A stretch of DNA of 64,000 bases from Ilumatobacteraceae bacterium (GCA_963801795.1 CAWDFZ010000005.1:484664-548663), one strand, 5' to 3'; positions 22,505-35,108 are shown, counted from the stretch's first letter. The notes: generated by a model from the sequence alone, not told the origin. Translations and numbers: made by a program.

Positions 22505-22513
22505 CGTTCGGCC

Positions 22514-23666
22514 TCATCGTTCGACCAGGGCCATCCGACGGTTGGCCACGTTGACGATGAACGACGTGACGAGCGACAGCGAGATGTACACGAGCATCGT
22601 CGAGCGCGAACACCGGCACGGCCGGTGATCCGTTGCCCACCGTCGTCTTGGCGACGAGGGTGAGGTCGTAGAAGCCGATCGCCGCCCCGAGCGAGGAGTT
22701 CTTGATCAGGTTGAGGTACTGGTTGCCGAGCGGCGGGATGGCGATGCGCATCGCCTGCGGCAGCACGACGAACCACATCTTCTGGAACCCGCTCAACGCG
22801 ACGGCGTCGGCCGCCTCGGCCTGACCGAGCGGGACCGCCTGGATCGAGCCGCGGACGATCTCCGCGATGTGGCTGGCGGTGTAGATCACGAGGGCGAAGA
22901 ACAACGCGAAGAACGACGGATCGACCCGCATCCCGCCCGCCGTGGCCCGCCCCTCGACGGCGGGCACGCTCCACGCGTAGCCGAACACGAACCAACCGAC
23001 GACCACGACGACGACGAAGCACGAGACCGCCCCACAGGCCGGATCGCGCCGGCGCGCCCGTGCGGTTCGACACCGATCTTCGCCACCGGGCCACCGCCCA
23101 CCACGAGGAGGCCGCCGATCAGCAGGATCAGGAGCAGCCCCCGCCCGCTGCCTCCGTCGTACCACGGCACGGCCAGGCCGCGGTTCGAGAGGATGACCAG
23201 CCCGAGGAAGTTCCAGGCCTCGTTGATGTTCGGGAACACGCCGAGGACGATGACGAGCAGGCCGGCGACGAGGAACAGGGCGAGCGGGATGTTGCGCACG
23301 ACCTCGACGTACACGGTGGCGATCTTGCGCACGATCCAGTTGCTCGACAGGCGACCGATCCCGACGAGCGTCCCCAGGATCGTCGCCGCGATGACCCCGG
23401 CGACACACACCCGCAACGTGTTCAACAGACCCTCGAACAGGGCGTCGCGCACCGGCGCACTCTGGGACAGCGAGTTGCCGGTGATCTGGAACGACGCCGG
23501 GTTGTCGAGGAAGTCGAAGTTCGTCGGGATGTTCGCCTCGCGCGGCGTTGGTCGTGTAGTTGCCGTACAGCCAGATGACGATCGCCGCCACGACGGCGAC
23601 GATCGCCAGCTGGACGATCCAGCGGATGACCCGGACGTCGCGCCACAGGGGCACGCGCCGGGTCAC
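22514..23666 (-). CDS. Amino-acid ABC transporter permease (AapQ-like), frame-disrupted
   Basis: The start of 21993..23666 reads MTRRVPLWRDVRVIRWIVQLAIV. 22886..23452 follows, then AEAADAVALSGFQKMWFVVLPQAMRIAIPPLGNQYLNLIKNSSL. The C-terminus, read by hand, is ...SFIVNVANRRMALVER* with its TGA codon occupying 22514-22516. Confidence 0.85.
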
Positions 23667-23687
23667 GCGTCGGGGTTGGGGTCGAGG

Positions 23688-24868
23688 TCAGCGGTACGGC
23701 GGCGAGTACATCAGGCCGCCATCGGTCCAGAGCGCGTTCACGCCACGCTCGAGGCCGAGCGGGGCGAGGTGCTGTTCGAAGATCTCGCCGTAGTTCCCGA
23801 CCTGGCTGACCACCTGGAAGGCGAAGTCGGGCGGCAGCCCGAGCCCCGGATCGAGCACGCCCTCACCTTCGACCTCGAGGCCGAGGAACCGTTGGATGTT
23901 GACGTCGGTGGTGTCGGCGAACGTGTCGACGTTCTCCGACGTGATCCCCAACTCCTCGGCCTGGATCGTGGCGAGGATCGCCCAGTTGACCGCCTGGGCC
24001 CACTGGCTGTCGCCGTCGGCGACGGCGGGCGTCAAGGGCTCCTTGGAGAACACCTCGGGCAGGATGGTCAGCGCCTCCGGGCCGTCGGGATAGGTCGATC
24101 GCAGCCCGGTGAGCTGGCTCGTGTCGGACGACCAGCCGTCGCACTGCCCGGCGACGAACGCCTCCTGGATGAGGTCGACGTCCTCGAACGGCCGGATCTC
24201 CCAGGTCACCCCGAGGCGGGCGGCCTCGGCCGCCGCGTTGCCCTTCGGTGGTGGTGCCCTGGGCGACACAGACGATCACGCCGTCCATGTCCTCGAGGGA
24301 GGCGAAGCCGCTGTCGGCGGCCACCATCATGCCCTGCCCGTCGTAGAACGTCGGTTGGAGGAACGTGGCCCCGTTCGACACCGTCACGGGTCGCGGTGAA
24401 GGTCGTGTTGCGGACCAGCACGTCGATCTCGCCGGACTGGAGGGCGGTGAACCGGTCGTCGGTGGCGACGTCGACCATCTCGACCGCGGTGGCATCGCCG
24501 AGCACGGCCGCCGCGATCACCCGGCAGAAGTCGGAGTCGAAGCCGACGTGTTCGCCGCTCGGATCGAGGGTGGCGAAACCCGGAAGGTCGTCGCGCGTGC
24601 CGCAGTTGAACGTGCCGGCGGCCTGAACGGCGTCGAGCGTCGATTCGGACGACTGCACCTCCTCGGCGCTGCCCTCGGCGGGAGTGCTCTCGGCGGGCGC
24701 CGCACTGCCGGCGACGGACTCGGCGGGTGCATCGGTGCCGGGCGCTTCGCTGCCCGCGACGTCCTCGGTGCTGTCGGAGCCGGAGTCGTCGTCGCTGGTG
24801 CACGCCGCCGTGCCGAGCACCGAGATCACGGCGAGTGGTAGGACGAATCGTCTGATGGACCTGGTCAT
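23688..24868 (-). CDS. Amino-acid ABC transporter substrate-binding lipoprotein (AapJ-like), frame-disrupted
   Basis: Signal peptide plus lipobox MTRSIRRFVLPLAVISVLGTAAC, then an acidic Ser/Ala/Glu linker and the SBP core. Pieces are 24206..24868, 23863..24495 and 23688..24269. Confidence 0.85.
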
Positions 24869-24924
24869 TGCCTCCCCTTCCTGGCGCCTTGCGACGCAGT
24901 TGCTGCTCCCGCCCAGCGCAGACC

Positions 24925-25632
24925 CTAGGTGCAGGGCTCGGTCGGGGCAACCGATTCAGCGGCCGATCCAGCGCCGTCCGTGGTGTTCCGCTGCTGGTCA
25001 GCGGCGAGATCCGTGGGATTCGGGAGCGGCGGGACGCGGGTGGCGTAGGAGTTCGGCTCGTCGGATCGCCGGAGGACGACCACGCCGACCACGTCACCCG
25101 CTCGGTCGACCACGGGCGATCCACTGTCACCGGGCCGCACCTCGGCCGCCAGCACGAGTGCCCGTCGTTCGTGGACCACGCCGGCGCTGACGTCGTCGAC
25201 GCGCAGGTTCACGACGCGTTCGACCGTCGTCGGCACGTCGCCGTCCGCGGCCACGATCGTCACCGCCGACGACACGCCGACCGGAGCCGGCAAGGCGTCG
25301 TCGATCGTGTCGAACCATCGGCGGGCGGCCTCGATCGTTCGATCGGGGGACGCGTCGGTCGCGACGAGCGCGAGATCCGTTGCGGCCGAGATGGCGACGA
25401 CGCGTGCCGCGCGACCGTCGACCTCCAGGCGCCGGAGCTGGTCGTCGACCACGTGGGCGGCGGTCAGTGCGACCCCGTCAGCGAGCACCGTGCCGACTCC
25501 GAGGCGCGGCTGGGGACGACCGCACGTCTGCGACTCGACCGTCACCACCTCCGGCGCGGCGCCGATCGGCGCGTCCGCGTCGGAACGGCCGCAAGCGACC
25601 AACACGATCGCGGCAGGGACGAGCAGGCCCAT
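24925..25632 (-). CDS. Trypsin-like (S1) serine protease lipoprotein
   Basis: This is the last 236 codons of ORF 24925..28470. ATG 25632 gives MGLLVPAAIVLVAC (lipobox). Active-site motifs are LTAAHVV (His) and GDSGSPVVDRAGDVVGVV (Ser). Confidence 0.7.
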   Translation of the reverse strand: MGLLVPAAIVLVACGRSDADAPIGAAPEVVTVESQTCGRPQPRLGVGTVLADGVALTAAHVVDDQLRRLEVDGRAARVVAISAATDLALVATDASPDRTIEAARRWFDTIDDALPAPVGVSSAVTIVAADGDVPTTVERVVNLRVDDVSAGVVHERRALVLAAEVRPGDSGSPVVDRAGDVVGVVVLRRSDEPNSYATRVPPLPNPTDLAADQQRNTTDGAGSAAESVAPTEPCT

Positions 25633-25670
25633 CAGCCGCCGGCCAACCGCCCGCCGATCGCGTCGCGCGG

Positions 25671-26835
25671 TCACAGTACGAGGATCGCGAGCCCCGACAC
25701 GGCGACCGTCGCGGTGAGCCAACCGATGGCCACTGTTCGGTGCGGGAACGAGTGCCCGGCGAACCGGCTGTTCGACGACGAGATGGAGGCCCGCGGCAAC
25801 GAGGCCCGCCACAGCGACCTTGAGCACGACGAGCCCCCACGACGACATCCCGGTGCGCTCGGGTGTCAGCACGAGGATCACCGGCCAGTGGACGAGGTAG
25901 ATCGAGTAGCTGGCGATGCCCACGGCCGCCAGCGGACGCCAGCCGAGCGCACTGGTGAGACGATTCGGGACGAGCAGCGACAGCACCAGCACGGCGCTGA
26001 CGAGCGAGAGCGCGCTGTAGCCACCGCGCAGGAGCCACGGTGGGTCGTAGTCGTTGGTGAGCGCGAGCACGATGATGGCGGCGAGCGCGACAGCGCCCGC
26101 GGGAGTAGACCACCGCTGCCAACGGTCGATGAGCGCCGGTCGTCGATGCAGGAGGATCGCCAGGCCGCAGCCGGCGAGGATCTCCCCGCCGCGCGTGTCG
26201 GTGCCGAACTCGAGCCGGTACTGCGGTCCGCTGATCAGGAGTTGGGCGGCGAGCGAACCGAACCAGCCGGCGACCACCGCGACCGTCAGCCAACGAATCG
26301 GGTTCCGGCTGCGCCAGCACAGCAGCACCGTGACCGTGAGCAGCACGTAGAACTGCTCCTCGATGGCGAGCGACCAGAACGGTCCGAGCGGCCCGACGAT
26401 CGTGCGGAGGAGCTCGTCGGCACCCGACCAGATCACGTACCAGTTCGTGTAGCCGTACACGCCGGCGAAGGCGTCGGAGGCGATCATGCCGGTCCACGCC
26501 CACGACGACAGGAGGACCACGACGGCGACGACGCACAGCGACGCCGGCCACAGCCGCTTCACCCGGCGCGCCCAGAACCGACCGAAGTCGATGGCGCCGA
26601 TCTGTCCGTCGGGAGCGCCCTCGCGCAGCAGGATGGTGGTGACGAGATATCCCGAGATGGTGAAGAACACCGACACCCCGATGAAACCGCCGGGAGCGAG
26701 CCCCGGAAGTCGTGACGTCGCGCCCGCATGGAACAGCACGACGAGCATGACCGCGATCGCCCGCAGCCCGTCGAGGGAGGGGTGGTAGCGCAGCCGCGTG
26801 GTCGTGGCGACCATCGCCACGTCCGACGCGGTCAT
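25671..26835 (-). CDS. Acyltransferase-3 family membrane protein (OafA-like, no SGNH domain)
   Basis: ATG 26835 overlaps the upstream stop (ATGA). Motifs are LDGLRAIAVMLVVLFH, SVFFTISGYLVT and SYSIYLVHWPV. After a frame change near 25750, a hand-read terminal TM segment, ...RTVAIGWLTATVAVSGLAILVL*, ends at the TGA codon occupying 25671-25673. Confidence 0.8.
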
Positions 26836-29800
26836 GGCGAACCTTTGGAACGATCGGGAAGGTTCGAACGGCGAGGGAGGCTCGACCTTCCGGGAATGAG
26901 CGCCGAGCACGTCAGCAACACCACGCCCAAGCAGTGTCCACGGGTGGAGCCACTCGAAGTGGACCGGAAATCCCGCGTTGGGGAACGGCCGGTCGCGGCG
27001 GACGACGAGGACGACGATGCACTGGGCGACGATCACGATCAGGAACCCGAAGACGGCGAGCAGACGTTGGCGGCGGAGGGCGTAGGCCACGAGCGAAACG
27101 GCGAGCGCGACGGCTCCCCACACCCAGCCGATCAGTACCGCACTCGCGACGGTGGCGATGATCACCGTCGGGACACGGACCGCTTCGGCACGCCAGCGCG
27201 ACGGCGGGAAGGGCCGTGGCACCGGCGCCGGCACGAGCGCGTCACCGTCTCGACGACGATCGGCGACGACCAGGACGATGCAGGCCAACACTCCCAGGAG
27301 CGAAGCGACGAGGGCGACGTTCAAGGTCCGCTGTGCGGTCCAGCGGAACGTGATGGTGGTCGGTTCGTCGGTCGGTCCGACGAACCAACCGTTCGCGTTG
27401 CCGTCGACGAGCGTCGGCGGGCCGAGCGACCCGGCGTCGTCCGATGCCGTCCACGCCGGGTTGTACCCCTCACCGAGCACCACCCAGCACCCTTGCGGAC
27501 ACGGCGACACCTCGACCGTCCGACCGGTCCGCGACGTCGAGGTGACCGTGACGGTGGGAGCGGGTGTCTCTTCGGCGGCCGCGCCGTCGTCCGGCTCGGC
27601 CAGGACGACCTGGTCGACGTGGAACCCCGACCCCGCGCCGGAGATCGACGTGCCGGAGATCGACGTGCCGGTGGTCGAGGTGACCGTGTGGGTTCCGGAG
27701 TCGAGTGCGACCACGGACGAATTGTCGCCGGTGCACAGTGTGGCGTCGATCGGCTCGCCGCGCAGGATGGCATCGGTCGATGCCGTGAACGACAGTCCGA
27801 CCGGCGCGCCGTCGACCTGCAACAGGTCGTCGCGGCACTCATCGACGTGATCGCCGGCCGGTGTCACGCCAGGTGACGTGCCGTCGAAGGTGATCTCCGA
27901 GATCGCGGCGGGCAGCAGGACGGCCTCGCCGAACCGCCGGTCGACGGTGGTCCTGACGTCGACTCCGGTGATCTCGATCGTCGCATCGCGCAGATCGATC
28001 GCGCGGGGGAGTGCCACGTCGGTGCCGGCCGGGTCGACGTCGAGATCGAACGATCCGGCCGGGTCGGAGATCCGGACCTGCGTGATCGGGCTGAACGTCC
28101 CGGCCGGCTGGGCGATCGCGATGGACTCAGCGGTGCCGTCGAGGGCGAGGTGCAGCGACGGCCCGACGGGTGAGCCGAACGGCGTGATCCACGACGTGTC
28201 GGGGTCGCCGTCGACGGCGGACGCCCCGCGGGCACCCGGCACACCCGTGAGGTGAGCCGTCGCCACGACCGGCTCGCCGAGCAGTTCGGCGAGCGCCGGG
28301 TCGTCCATGCGCTGGTCGGCGCGCAGCACGACACTCGTGTCGAACGCGGCATCGTTCGGCACCTCGAACTGCCGGCGCAGTGCCGGGCTCCGGATCGGAC
28401 CTCCAGCGGTCGGTCGGGTCGGTGCGGAGCCGAGTGAACACCATGCTGAGCGGAGTCGTGGCATCCGCACCGTTCATCGCCGTCGTGGCGTCGACCGGCA
28501 CCCGGATCATCTCGGTGGTCGGTTCGAGCCCGACGTCGATCGTGGCGAAGCCCACGCCGCCGACCGCTGTCACCGATCGGCGACACGTCGATCCCCGTGC
28601 CGGTGCCGGTGATCCGCAGCGTGATCCGGCTGCGGCGCCGTGGTCGGGTCGATGTCGATCCGCTGGCCGTCGCCGACGAGCGAGGATTCGTCGAGGGCGA
28701 TCAGCGTCGGGTCGCGATCGTCGACGGTCAGTTCGACTTCCGTGATGCGCCGCTGCCCGTCGACCGTGTCGGGCTGGCGCAGGGTCACGTGGTCGATCGG
28801 TTCGCTCACGTCGAGCACGATGGACTCGTCGAGCGCCGGCCCACGATCGCCGACGGTCCAGCTCGTCGCCGGGTCACCGTCGATCGCCATCACCGGACGG
28901 TGTTCGGGCAGGTAGGCGAACGGTTCGCCGTACGCGCTGGCGGTCGCGGTGACCGGCCCGTCCTGGATCGAGATGGTCTGCGTGTCGGGATCGTCGGTGT
29001 CGAACACGGGCAGCCGTTGGTCGCCGCTCTCGTAGCGCAGCACGCCCGCATCGTCGCCCGCCTCGGTGTAGCCCGTCACGTCCTGCGAGCTGCGCCAGTG
29101 GTGCGCACGGTCACGGTTCGAGTCGGTGACGACCACCCGCGTCGCGTTCGACACGGCATCGCTCGAGCGGCGTCACCGCTGAGCGAGGCGCTGTAGAGGA
29201 TCAGTTCCGATCCGTCGATCACGCCGGCGGCGGCGGCGTCGACGAGCCCGTCGCCGCTGCCCGACAGCACGACCACGGCGTCCTTCGCCCGGATCGTGGC
29301 CACCGGTGCGTCGACGCCGACCAGCGACACCGTGGCGAGCGGTTCACCGACGCGGGGGTCGCTGACGGACTGTTCGTCGACGACCGGGATCGCGCCGATG
29401 TTCGGTGCCGGTCTCGCCGAACCGCTCGGGCGGGAGCAGACCGGCGTCCGCCGCTCCGGCGCCGGTGAGCAGATCGTCGACGATCTCGGGTCGGGCGAGG
29501 CGGAAGCGGTCGAAGGCGACGTCGTCGGCCACCCAGATCGTGTCGACACCGAGCAGCCGGGCGACCGGCGCGATCGCATCGACGTCGACCACGCCGTCCT
29601 GGAACCGATCGTCCAGGGCGAACACGAGATCCATCGCCGCGGCGCTGCCGAGCGGCAACAGGTCGCGGGTGAGCAGCGGGCGCTCCGTCAGCGCCGGCAA
29701 CGGCTGGTCGACGGTGTAGCCCCAACGGAACGCACCGAACTCGCCGCCGGGCAACTGGAGGACCCGGTAGCCGGCGGGCAGCGAGTCGAGGTGCGCCGCG

Positions 29801-31176
29801 GCGTCGAGCCACGCCTGCGGCGGATCCTGGTCGCGTTCGAGTTGGGGGTCGACGAACCCGCCGTTGCGCAGCGACGGGAGATAGCCGACCGCCAGCAACG
29901 CGATCACGACCGCGCTCACCGCACCGCAGGTCCAAACATGTCGCATGGGGTCAGGCACTTCGCGACGTTGCACGCCGACGGCCCGGCAGTCGGATCGACC
30001 CGCAGGCCGCCACGAGCGAGGCCGCACTCAGGGCCGAGCCCGAACACGAGCACCGGCACGGCGCGGGTGCTGCTGCGCAACGCCAGCGCGAGCCCACCTT
30101 CGCCGTCACCGAGCAGCGACCGACATCAGCGGCGACGGATCGTCGATCGGGTGGACCCCGACGGCGAGCACCAGCCCCGAACCGATCAGCAAGGCGACGT
30201 AGCGGCGGTGCTGCCACGTCGTGAACACCAGGCCGCTCAGCACCACGGCGAGCAGGCCGACCCCGAACACGATCACCCGGGTGGACGCGAGGTAGTCGAG
30301 CGAGGCCGTCGTGGTGGCGCCGAACGCGTCGCGGATGTAGAACAGCCAGTAGCCCAGACCGCGCAGGACCTCCGTCGACGTCGACGTGAACGACACCGAC
30401 TCGAGCGACTCGGAGTAGGCGAGCACGTCGGCGCCGTGCTTGCCCTGGATCATCAGCATCGCGATCCACCACAACGACACGGCGATCGAGAGCACGGCCA
30501 CCTTCGCCGCGGTGGCGAGCGCCCGCCGCCACGTGATCGACCGTTGCCAGACGGCGTGGACGAGCCACAGCGCCGGTGCCGGGATGATCATCGCCAGCGC
30601 GGTGGCGTTGACCGCGCCGACGGTGAGCACCACGAGCGCCACGCCGGCCGCGAACCGCCATCGCCCGCGCTGCGCCGCGAGCACCGTGAGGCCGACGATC
30701 CACCCGAGCCCGGCGTACGGGAGGAGCAGGATCGACGTGCGCGACACGTAGGGGAGGATGTACGGCGAGAGCTGGTAGACGATCGCCGCGGCGAGCGCGG
30801 CGGTCGGGCCCGAGCCCGAGCAGCCGCGCCACCCAGCGCACGCCGAGGCCGGCGGCGAGGAGCAGCGTGCCGACCCAGAGTCGATGGGCGAGCCAGTCGG
30901 GGACGCCGATCGCGCTCGAAGAACCAGAACCACGGGCCCATCGGCCACAGGTAGGCGATGTGCTGGTGCGGCACCCACCCGGCGTACTGGCGGGGGTCGA
31001 ACGTGAACGTCGTTGTCGCCGAGGAAGCGGCCCGGGTTCAGGTACACGTAGAGCTTGGAGTCGGACGGCATCCGCCCCGGCGCCGCGGTGAGCGCGGGCA
31101 CGTACGCGAGGAGCACCAGCACCGCCACCGACACCGCCGACTGACGGCGGGCGAGCCACCGGCGGAACTCGTTCAA
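26832..31176 (-). CDS. AftD-family alpha-(1->3)-arabinofuranosyltransferase-like GT-C (DUF3367-type), ~1450 aa, frame-disrupted
   Basis: TTG 31176 overlaps the upstream stop (TTGA). The N-terminal polytopic domain has DSKLYVYLNPGRF, VYQLSPYILPYVSRTSILLLPYAGLGW and GLGYWLFYIRD. The large extracytoplasmic part has two discoidin-like repeats (AIDGDPATSW, AVDGDPDTSW), and TM helices close the protein. It is chained from 30106..31665, 29951..31159, 29344..30027, 29076..29579, 28570..29154 and 24925..28470. The last stretch, read by hand, ends at the TGA codon occupying 26832-26834. Confidence 0.8.
27638..27682. repeat. 15-bp tandem repeat inside the AftD-family CDS (encodes GTSIS x2)
   Basis: ccggagatcgacgtg occurs twice, followed by a diverged third unit, ccggtggtcgaggtg. 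Confidence 0.8.
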
Positions 31177-32224
31177 CGTGCCTCGGGCAGCAGGCTCGAC
31201 CAGCGCTTCACGATCGACAGCACGCCTTGACGGGCGCTGCGACGGTGGTGCGAGGCGCCGGCATCGTCGACCGTCGCCCGATTGGCGACGAACCAGTCGT
31301 AGCTCTGGGCGAACATGTCGGCGGTCGACCACGCCGGGCGTCCAGGCGAGGCTCCGCTGCAGGTGGTCGAGGTCGAACCACATCGACTTCGAGTACATCA
31401 TCCAGTGGTACGGCGCGAACGGGGAGATGCCGAGCGCGGCACTGAGCCGCATCCCGAGCGACGCCGGCGCCGCCGGCAGCGAGCGGACCGTGGCGCCCGT
31501 GCCGGCGTGCTCGCAGAGGTCGGCGAGCGTCTCGCGCATCGTGCCGAACCGGTCGGTGCCGACGTTGAAGATGTCGGGACCTTCGGTCGCCGCGGCCCGG
31601 ACGCACGCCTCGGCGAGATCGTCGGAGTGGACGAACTGGTACCGGTTGGTCCCGTCACCGAGCACGATCGGGTCGTACGCCGTCGGCGATCCAGTCGAAC
31701 AGGATGCCGAAGATGCCGAGCCGGCCGTGACCGAGGATCGTGCGCGGGCGCACGATCGACACGTCGAGACCGTCGCGGGCGGCGGCGAGGCAGGCCCATT
31801 CGGCGGCGAGCTTGGCGTGCCCGTACGCCTCCATCGGCGACGGCACCGTGGTCGGCATCACCGGGTTCGACTTCGGAACGCCGAACACCGCGCTCGACGA
31901 CGTGTGGATGACCTTGGCCACACCGGCCGCGGCGCTCGCACCGAGGAGGTTCGCGGTGCCGTCGACGTTGACGGTCCGCAGCAGTTCGGCGTCGCGGGCG
32001 AGCGGCACCTGGGCCACGTTGTTCATCACGACGTCGATGCCCTCGACCGCACCGCGCACGACCGCCATGTCGCGAACGTCGCCGCGCACGAACTCGACGT
32101 CGGACGGACGGTCGGACGCGTCGTTCAGGTCGAGCACGCGCACGCGGTTGCCGGGCGTGGCGAGGCGGGCGACGAGGAGCGAACCGAAGTACCCGCTGCC
32201 ACCGGTGACGAGGTAGCTCGTCAC
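31173..32224 (-). CDS. NAD-dependent epimerase/dehydratase (extended SDR), frame-disrupted
   Basis: GTG 32224 gives VTSYLVTGGSGYFG (GxxGxxG), and YGHAKLAAE is the YxxxK motif. Pieces are 31655..32326 and 30106..31665, then a hand-read ...SIVKRWSSLLPEAR* ending at the TGA codon occupying 31173-31175. Confidence 0.8.
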
Positions 32225-32237
32225 CGCTGCACGCCAA

Positions 32238-33320
32238 TCACAACTGAATGCCGTTCTCGATGCACCAGCGGATGCTGCGGCGCATGCCGTCGTACAACTC
32301 GACGGCGGGTTCGTAGCCGAGGTCACGGCGGGCGGCGTCGATGTCGACGGCGATGGTCTTGTTCATCTCGCCGAGCACGTGCAGCTGCTGGTACGTAGCG
32401 GCCGGAACCCTGCAGGACGCCGTCGAGACGTCTCGGCGACGTCGCCGGTGAACTCGGGGAGGCGGAACCGGTTGCGCTTCACGTCGGCGAAGCCCTCGTC
32501 GCGCGAGCGCGCGCCCGACCGTGTCGACGATCTCGGCCACCGTGTAGGGACGGGCGTCGGCGATCCACCAGGCGAGGCCGGCGTCGGTCGGGGTGAGCTC
32601 GGCCCGCACGATGCCGTCGACGAGGTTGTCGATGTAGACCATCGAGCGGCGCTGACCTCCGTCGCCGAACACCGGGAACCGGCCGGTCCGCACGAGGGTG
32701 AAGAACGTGGTCTGGCGGGCGGGTTGGTGCGGCCCGTAGAACCACGGCGGCCGCACCATCACGACGTCGAGCCCACGTTCGGCCGCCTCGAGCACCCGGA
32801 GTTCGGCCTCCATCTTCGAGCGCCCGTAGCCGAGATACGGGTGATACGGCTCGTCGTTGCGGAACGAGTCACGCCGTTCCGGGTTCGTGCCGAACGGGCT
32901 GTTCGACGACACGTGCACCATGCGCCGCACGCCGCCGGCCGCTGCACCGGCGAGCACGTTGACGGTGCCCACGTGGTTGACCTGCTCGAACTCGTCGATC
33001 GATGCCGGGTGGATGACGCCGGCGGCGTGCACCACGTCGACGGTCCCGGTCAGCCCCGCGAACAGCCGGTCGATCGTGTCCCGCCGGCTGATGTCGCCGA
33101 CCACGACCTCGACGGTCACATCGGCGCCCTCGGTCAGCGCGAGCAATCGCGCCTCGTCGTCGCGGTCGTGGACCAGGAGGCGGAGCCGTCCGCTGCGGCG
33201 CCGCTCGCCGTCGCCGGAGAACGCGGCGACCAGGCCGGTGCCGAGCCAACCGCCGGCACCCGTGATCACCGTCGTGTCCGGGAGTTCGATCGGGCCGGCC
33301 GGGCTCATGCCGTCCGTCAT
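32238..33320 (-). CDS. NAD-dependent epimerase/dehydratase (extended SDR)
   Basis: This is the tail of ORF 32238..34064. ATG 33320 overlaps the GMC stop (TGATG). Motifs are VITGAGGWLG and YGRSKMEAE (YxxxK). An Arg-rich stretch at ~32400-32520 suggests a compensated double frameshift. Confidence 0.8.
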   Translation of the reverse strand: MTDGMSPAGPIELPDTTVITGAGGWLGTGLVAAFSGDGERRRSGRLRLLVHDRDDEARLLALTEGADVTVEVVVGDISRRDTIDRLFAGLTGTVDVVHAAGVIHPASIDEFEQVNHVGTVNVLAGAAAGGVRRMVHVSSNSPFGTNPERRDSFRNDEPYHPYLGYGRSKMEAELRVLEAAERGLDVVMVRPPWFYGPHQPARQTTFFTLVRTGRFPVFGDGGQRRSMVYIDNLVDGIVRAELTPTDAGLAWWIADARPYTVAEIVDTVGRALARRGLRRREAQPVPPPRVHRRRRRDVSTASCRVPAATYQQLHVLGEMNKTIAVDIDAARRDLGYEPAVELYDGMRRSIRWCIENGIQL

Positions 33321-35108
33321 CACTTCGACCGCCGATCGGCGAAGCGGCGGGCGTTGCGGATCGCGACGGCCATCACCGACGCCTGCGGGTTCACACCGGG
33401 CGCATCCGGCAGCAGCGAGGCGTCGTTGACGTGGACGTTGCGCGCCCCGTGCACCGTTCCGAAGCTGTCGGCGGCGCAGCGCGCCGGCCGCTCGCCCATC
33501 GGCACGGTCGAGCACAGGTGGACCGTCATCACACTCGCCGACGACGCGGCGAAGGCGGTCGTCATCGCCGCGAGATCGGCACGGTTCCGGATGCTGGGGG
33601 CGTCGCGGAACGAGGGGTACACCTCGACGGCGTCGGCTTCGAGCATCAGCAGTGCGAGGCGGGCGAGGCCCTGGCCGAGGAGATGCCGGTCGCGTTTGGT
33701 GAGCCGGTACGTGACGATCGGGTCGCGGAGGCCCGGCACGGCCTGCACCCAACCACGGCCCTGGCTCGTGATCGCCGCGTAGTAGACGGCGATCTGCGGC
33801 CACTCGGTGATCGCCGCGCCGAAGGTCCGCCAGTTGTCGCTCAGGGCGAGGGCGATCAGTCCGGGATGGCTGGCCGAACCGCCGAAGGAGATGTCGGGCG
33901 AGAACTCCTTCACCTGGTGCACCGGCACGTCGTCGGGCACGTTCATCTCGGTGTCGAAGCGGGCCGCCAGCTTCACCGTCGGGTGGACGGCCAGCGTGCG
34001 ACCGACGCGGTGACGGAACCCGGCCCGTTGGAGGATCGCCGGGGTCTGGATGGCGCCGGCACACACGAACACGTCACGGAACGCGATCGTGACGGTGTTC
34101 GGCGTCTCGCCGCTGCGGTCGGTCAGCTCGGCGGTGACGGCCCGATCGCCGTCCATCACCAGGCGATCGAGACGATGCTCGACGAGCAGCCGCGCTCCGG
34201 CCCGCTGGGCGCGGGGGAGATACGTGACGGTCATGCTCTGGCGGCGACCGTCGACGGCGTTGCCCCGCTCGGGATAGGCCATCCACCGTGGGATCTCGTC
34301 GTGCTTCCAGCCGAGGCGCTCGGCACCGAGGCGGAGCTTCTCGCTCGGGGCGGTGTGCTCGCCGGGCACGGGTTGCACGCTGAGCGCCTGCTCCACCTCG
34401 TCGCAGATCGCCTCGATGTCGTCGGAGGCGAAGTCGGCGATCCCGTACTCGGTGCGCCACCGTTCCAGCGTCTCGGCCGGGGGACGCCGGTAGAGACCGC
34501 TGTTCACCTCGGTGCCACCGCCGGCGCAACGACCCTCGGTGTAGGCGATCGAGGGGAGTCCGAGGGCGACCGTGACGCCACCGGAGCGGTACTGGCGGTC
34601 CATCTGCTCCAGCGAGAACGGCACGACCGAGCCCTGCTCCACCCACGGCCCTTCCTCGACCACGATCACGTCGAGGCCGGCCTCGGCGAGGATCGCCGCC
34701 GTCGTGGCTCCGCCCGCGCCCGAGCCGATGATCAGGACGTCGCAGTCGTACCGGACCGGCGCGGTCACGACGAGGCTCCCGAGCTCGTCGTGGCCGGCCA
34801 CGTCTCCCACACGAACGCGTAAGCCGAGCGAACGGATGAGGCGCGGATACTCGGCGAGGAGGGGGAGCGGCTTCGATCCGACGAACGAGATCACCCGGTC
34901 GCAGGCCGACGATCCGGCTGATCGCGTCGAGCGTGAAGGCGATGACGACGACGCCGAAGCGGGTGAACGACGGAAGCACCGTGATGCGCCCTTCGATGAA
35001 CGCGATCGTCGTCGCGCGTCGCTGCGGATCGAGGTCGGGGAGGTCGATCGCGAGCAGCGCGTCGGCGAAGCGCCCCACCGGCGGAGAGATCGACGACGGC
35101 AGACGCAT
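33320..35108 (-). CDS. GMC-family FAD oxidoreductase with a ~140-aa N-terminal extension
   Basis: ORF 33320..35128 carries DVLIIGSGAGGATTA (GxGxGG), AGGGTEVNSG, VHPTVK and ...GARNVHVNDASLLPDAPGVNPQ. The N-terminal extension is in the frame of 34074..35216 (MRLPSSISPP...FGVVVIAFTLDAI, from ATG 35108), with one frame change near 34900. Confidence 0.8.

Noticed and set aside
24925-28470. An uninterrupted 1181-aa ORF that looks like a single fusion protein (AftD C-terminal domain + acyltransferase-3 + trypsin-like protease).
   Set aside because: Reading the junctions by hand shows three separate genes.
- The AftD-family frame shifts near 26925 and then ends ...KGSP* at a TGA codon (26832-34) overlapping the acyltransferase ATG (ATGA).
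- The acyltransferase shifts near 25750 into a frame giving a good terminal TM helix and a TGA codon at 25671-73.
- The Arg-rich joining peptides in the long ORF (for example RDGRRVGARDPRTVTARRDRR) look like out-of-frame read-through.

The fusion is therefore an artefact of indels plus the rarity of stop codons in high-GC DNA.
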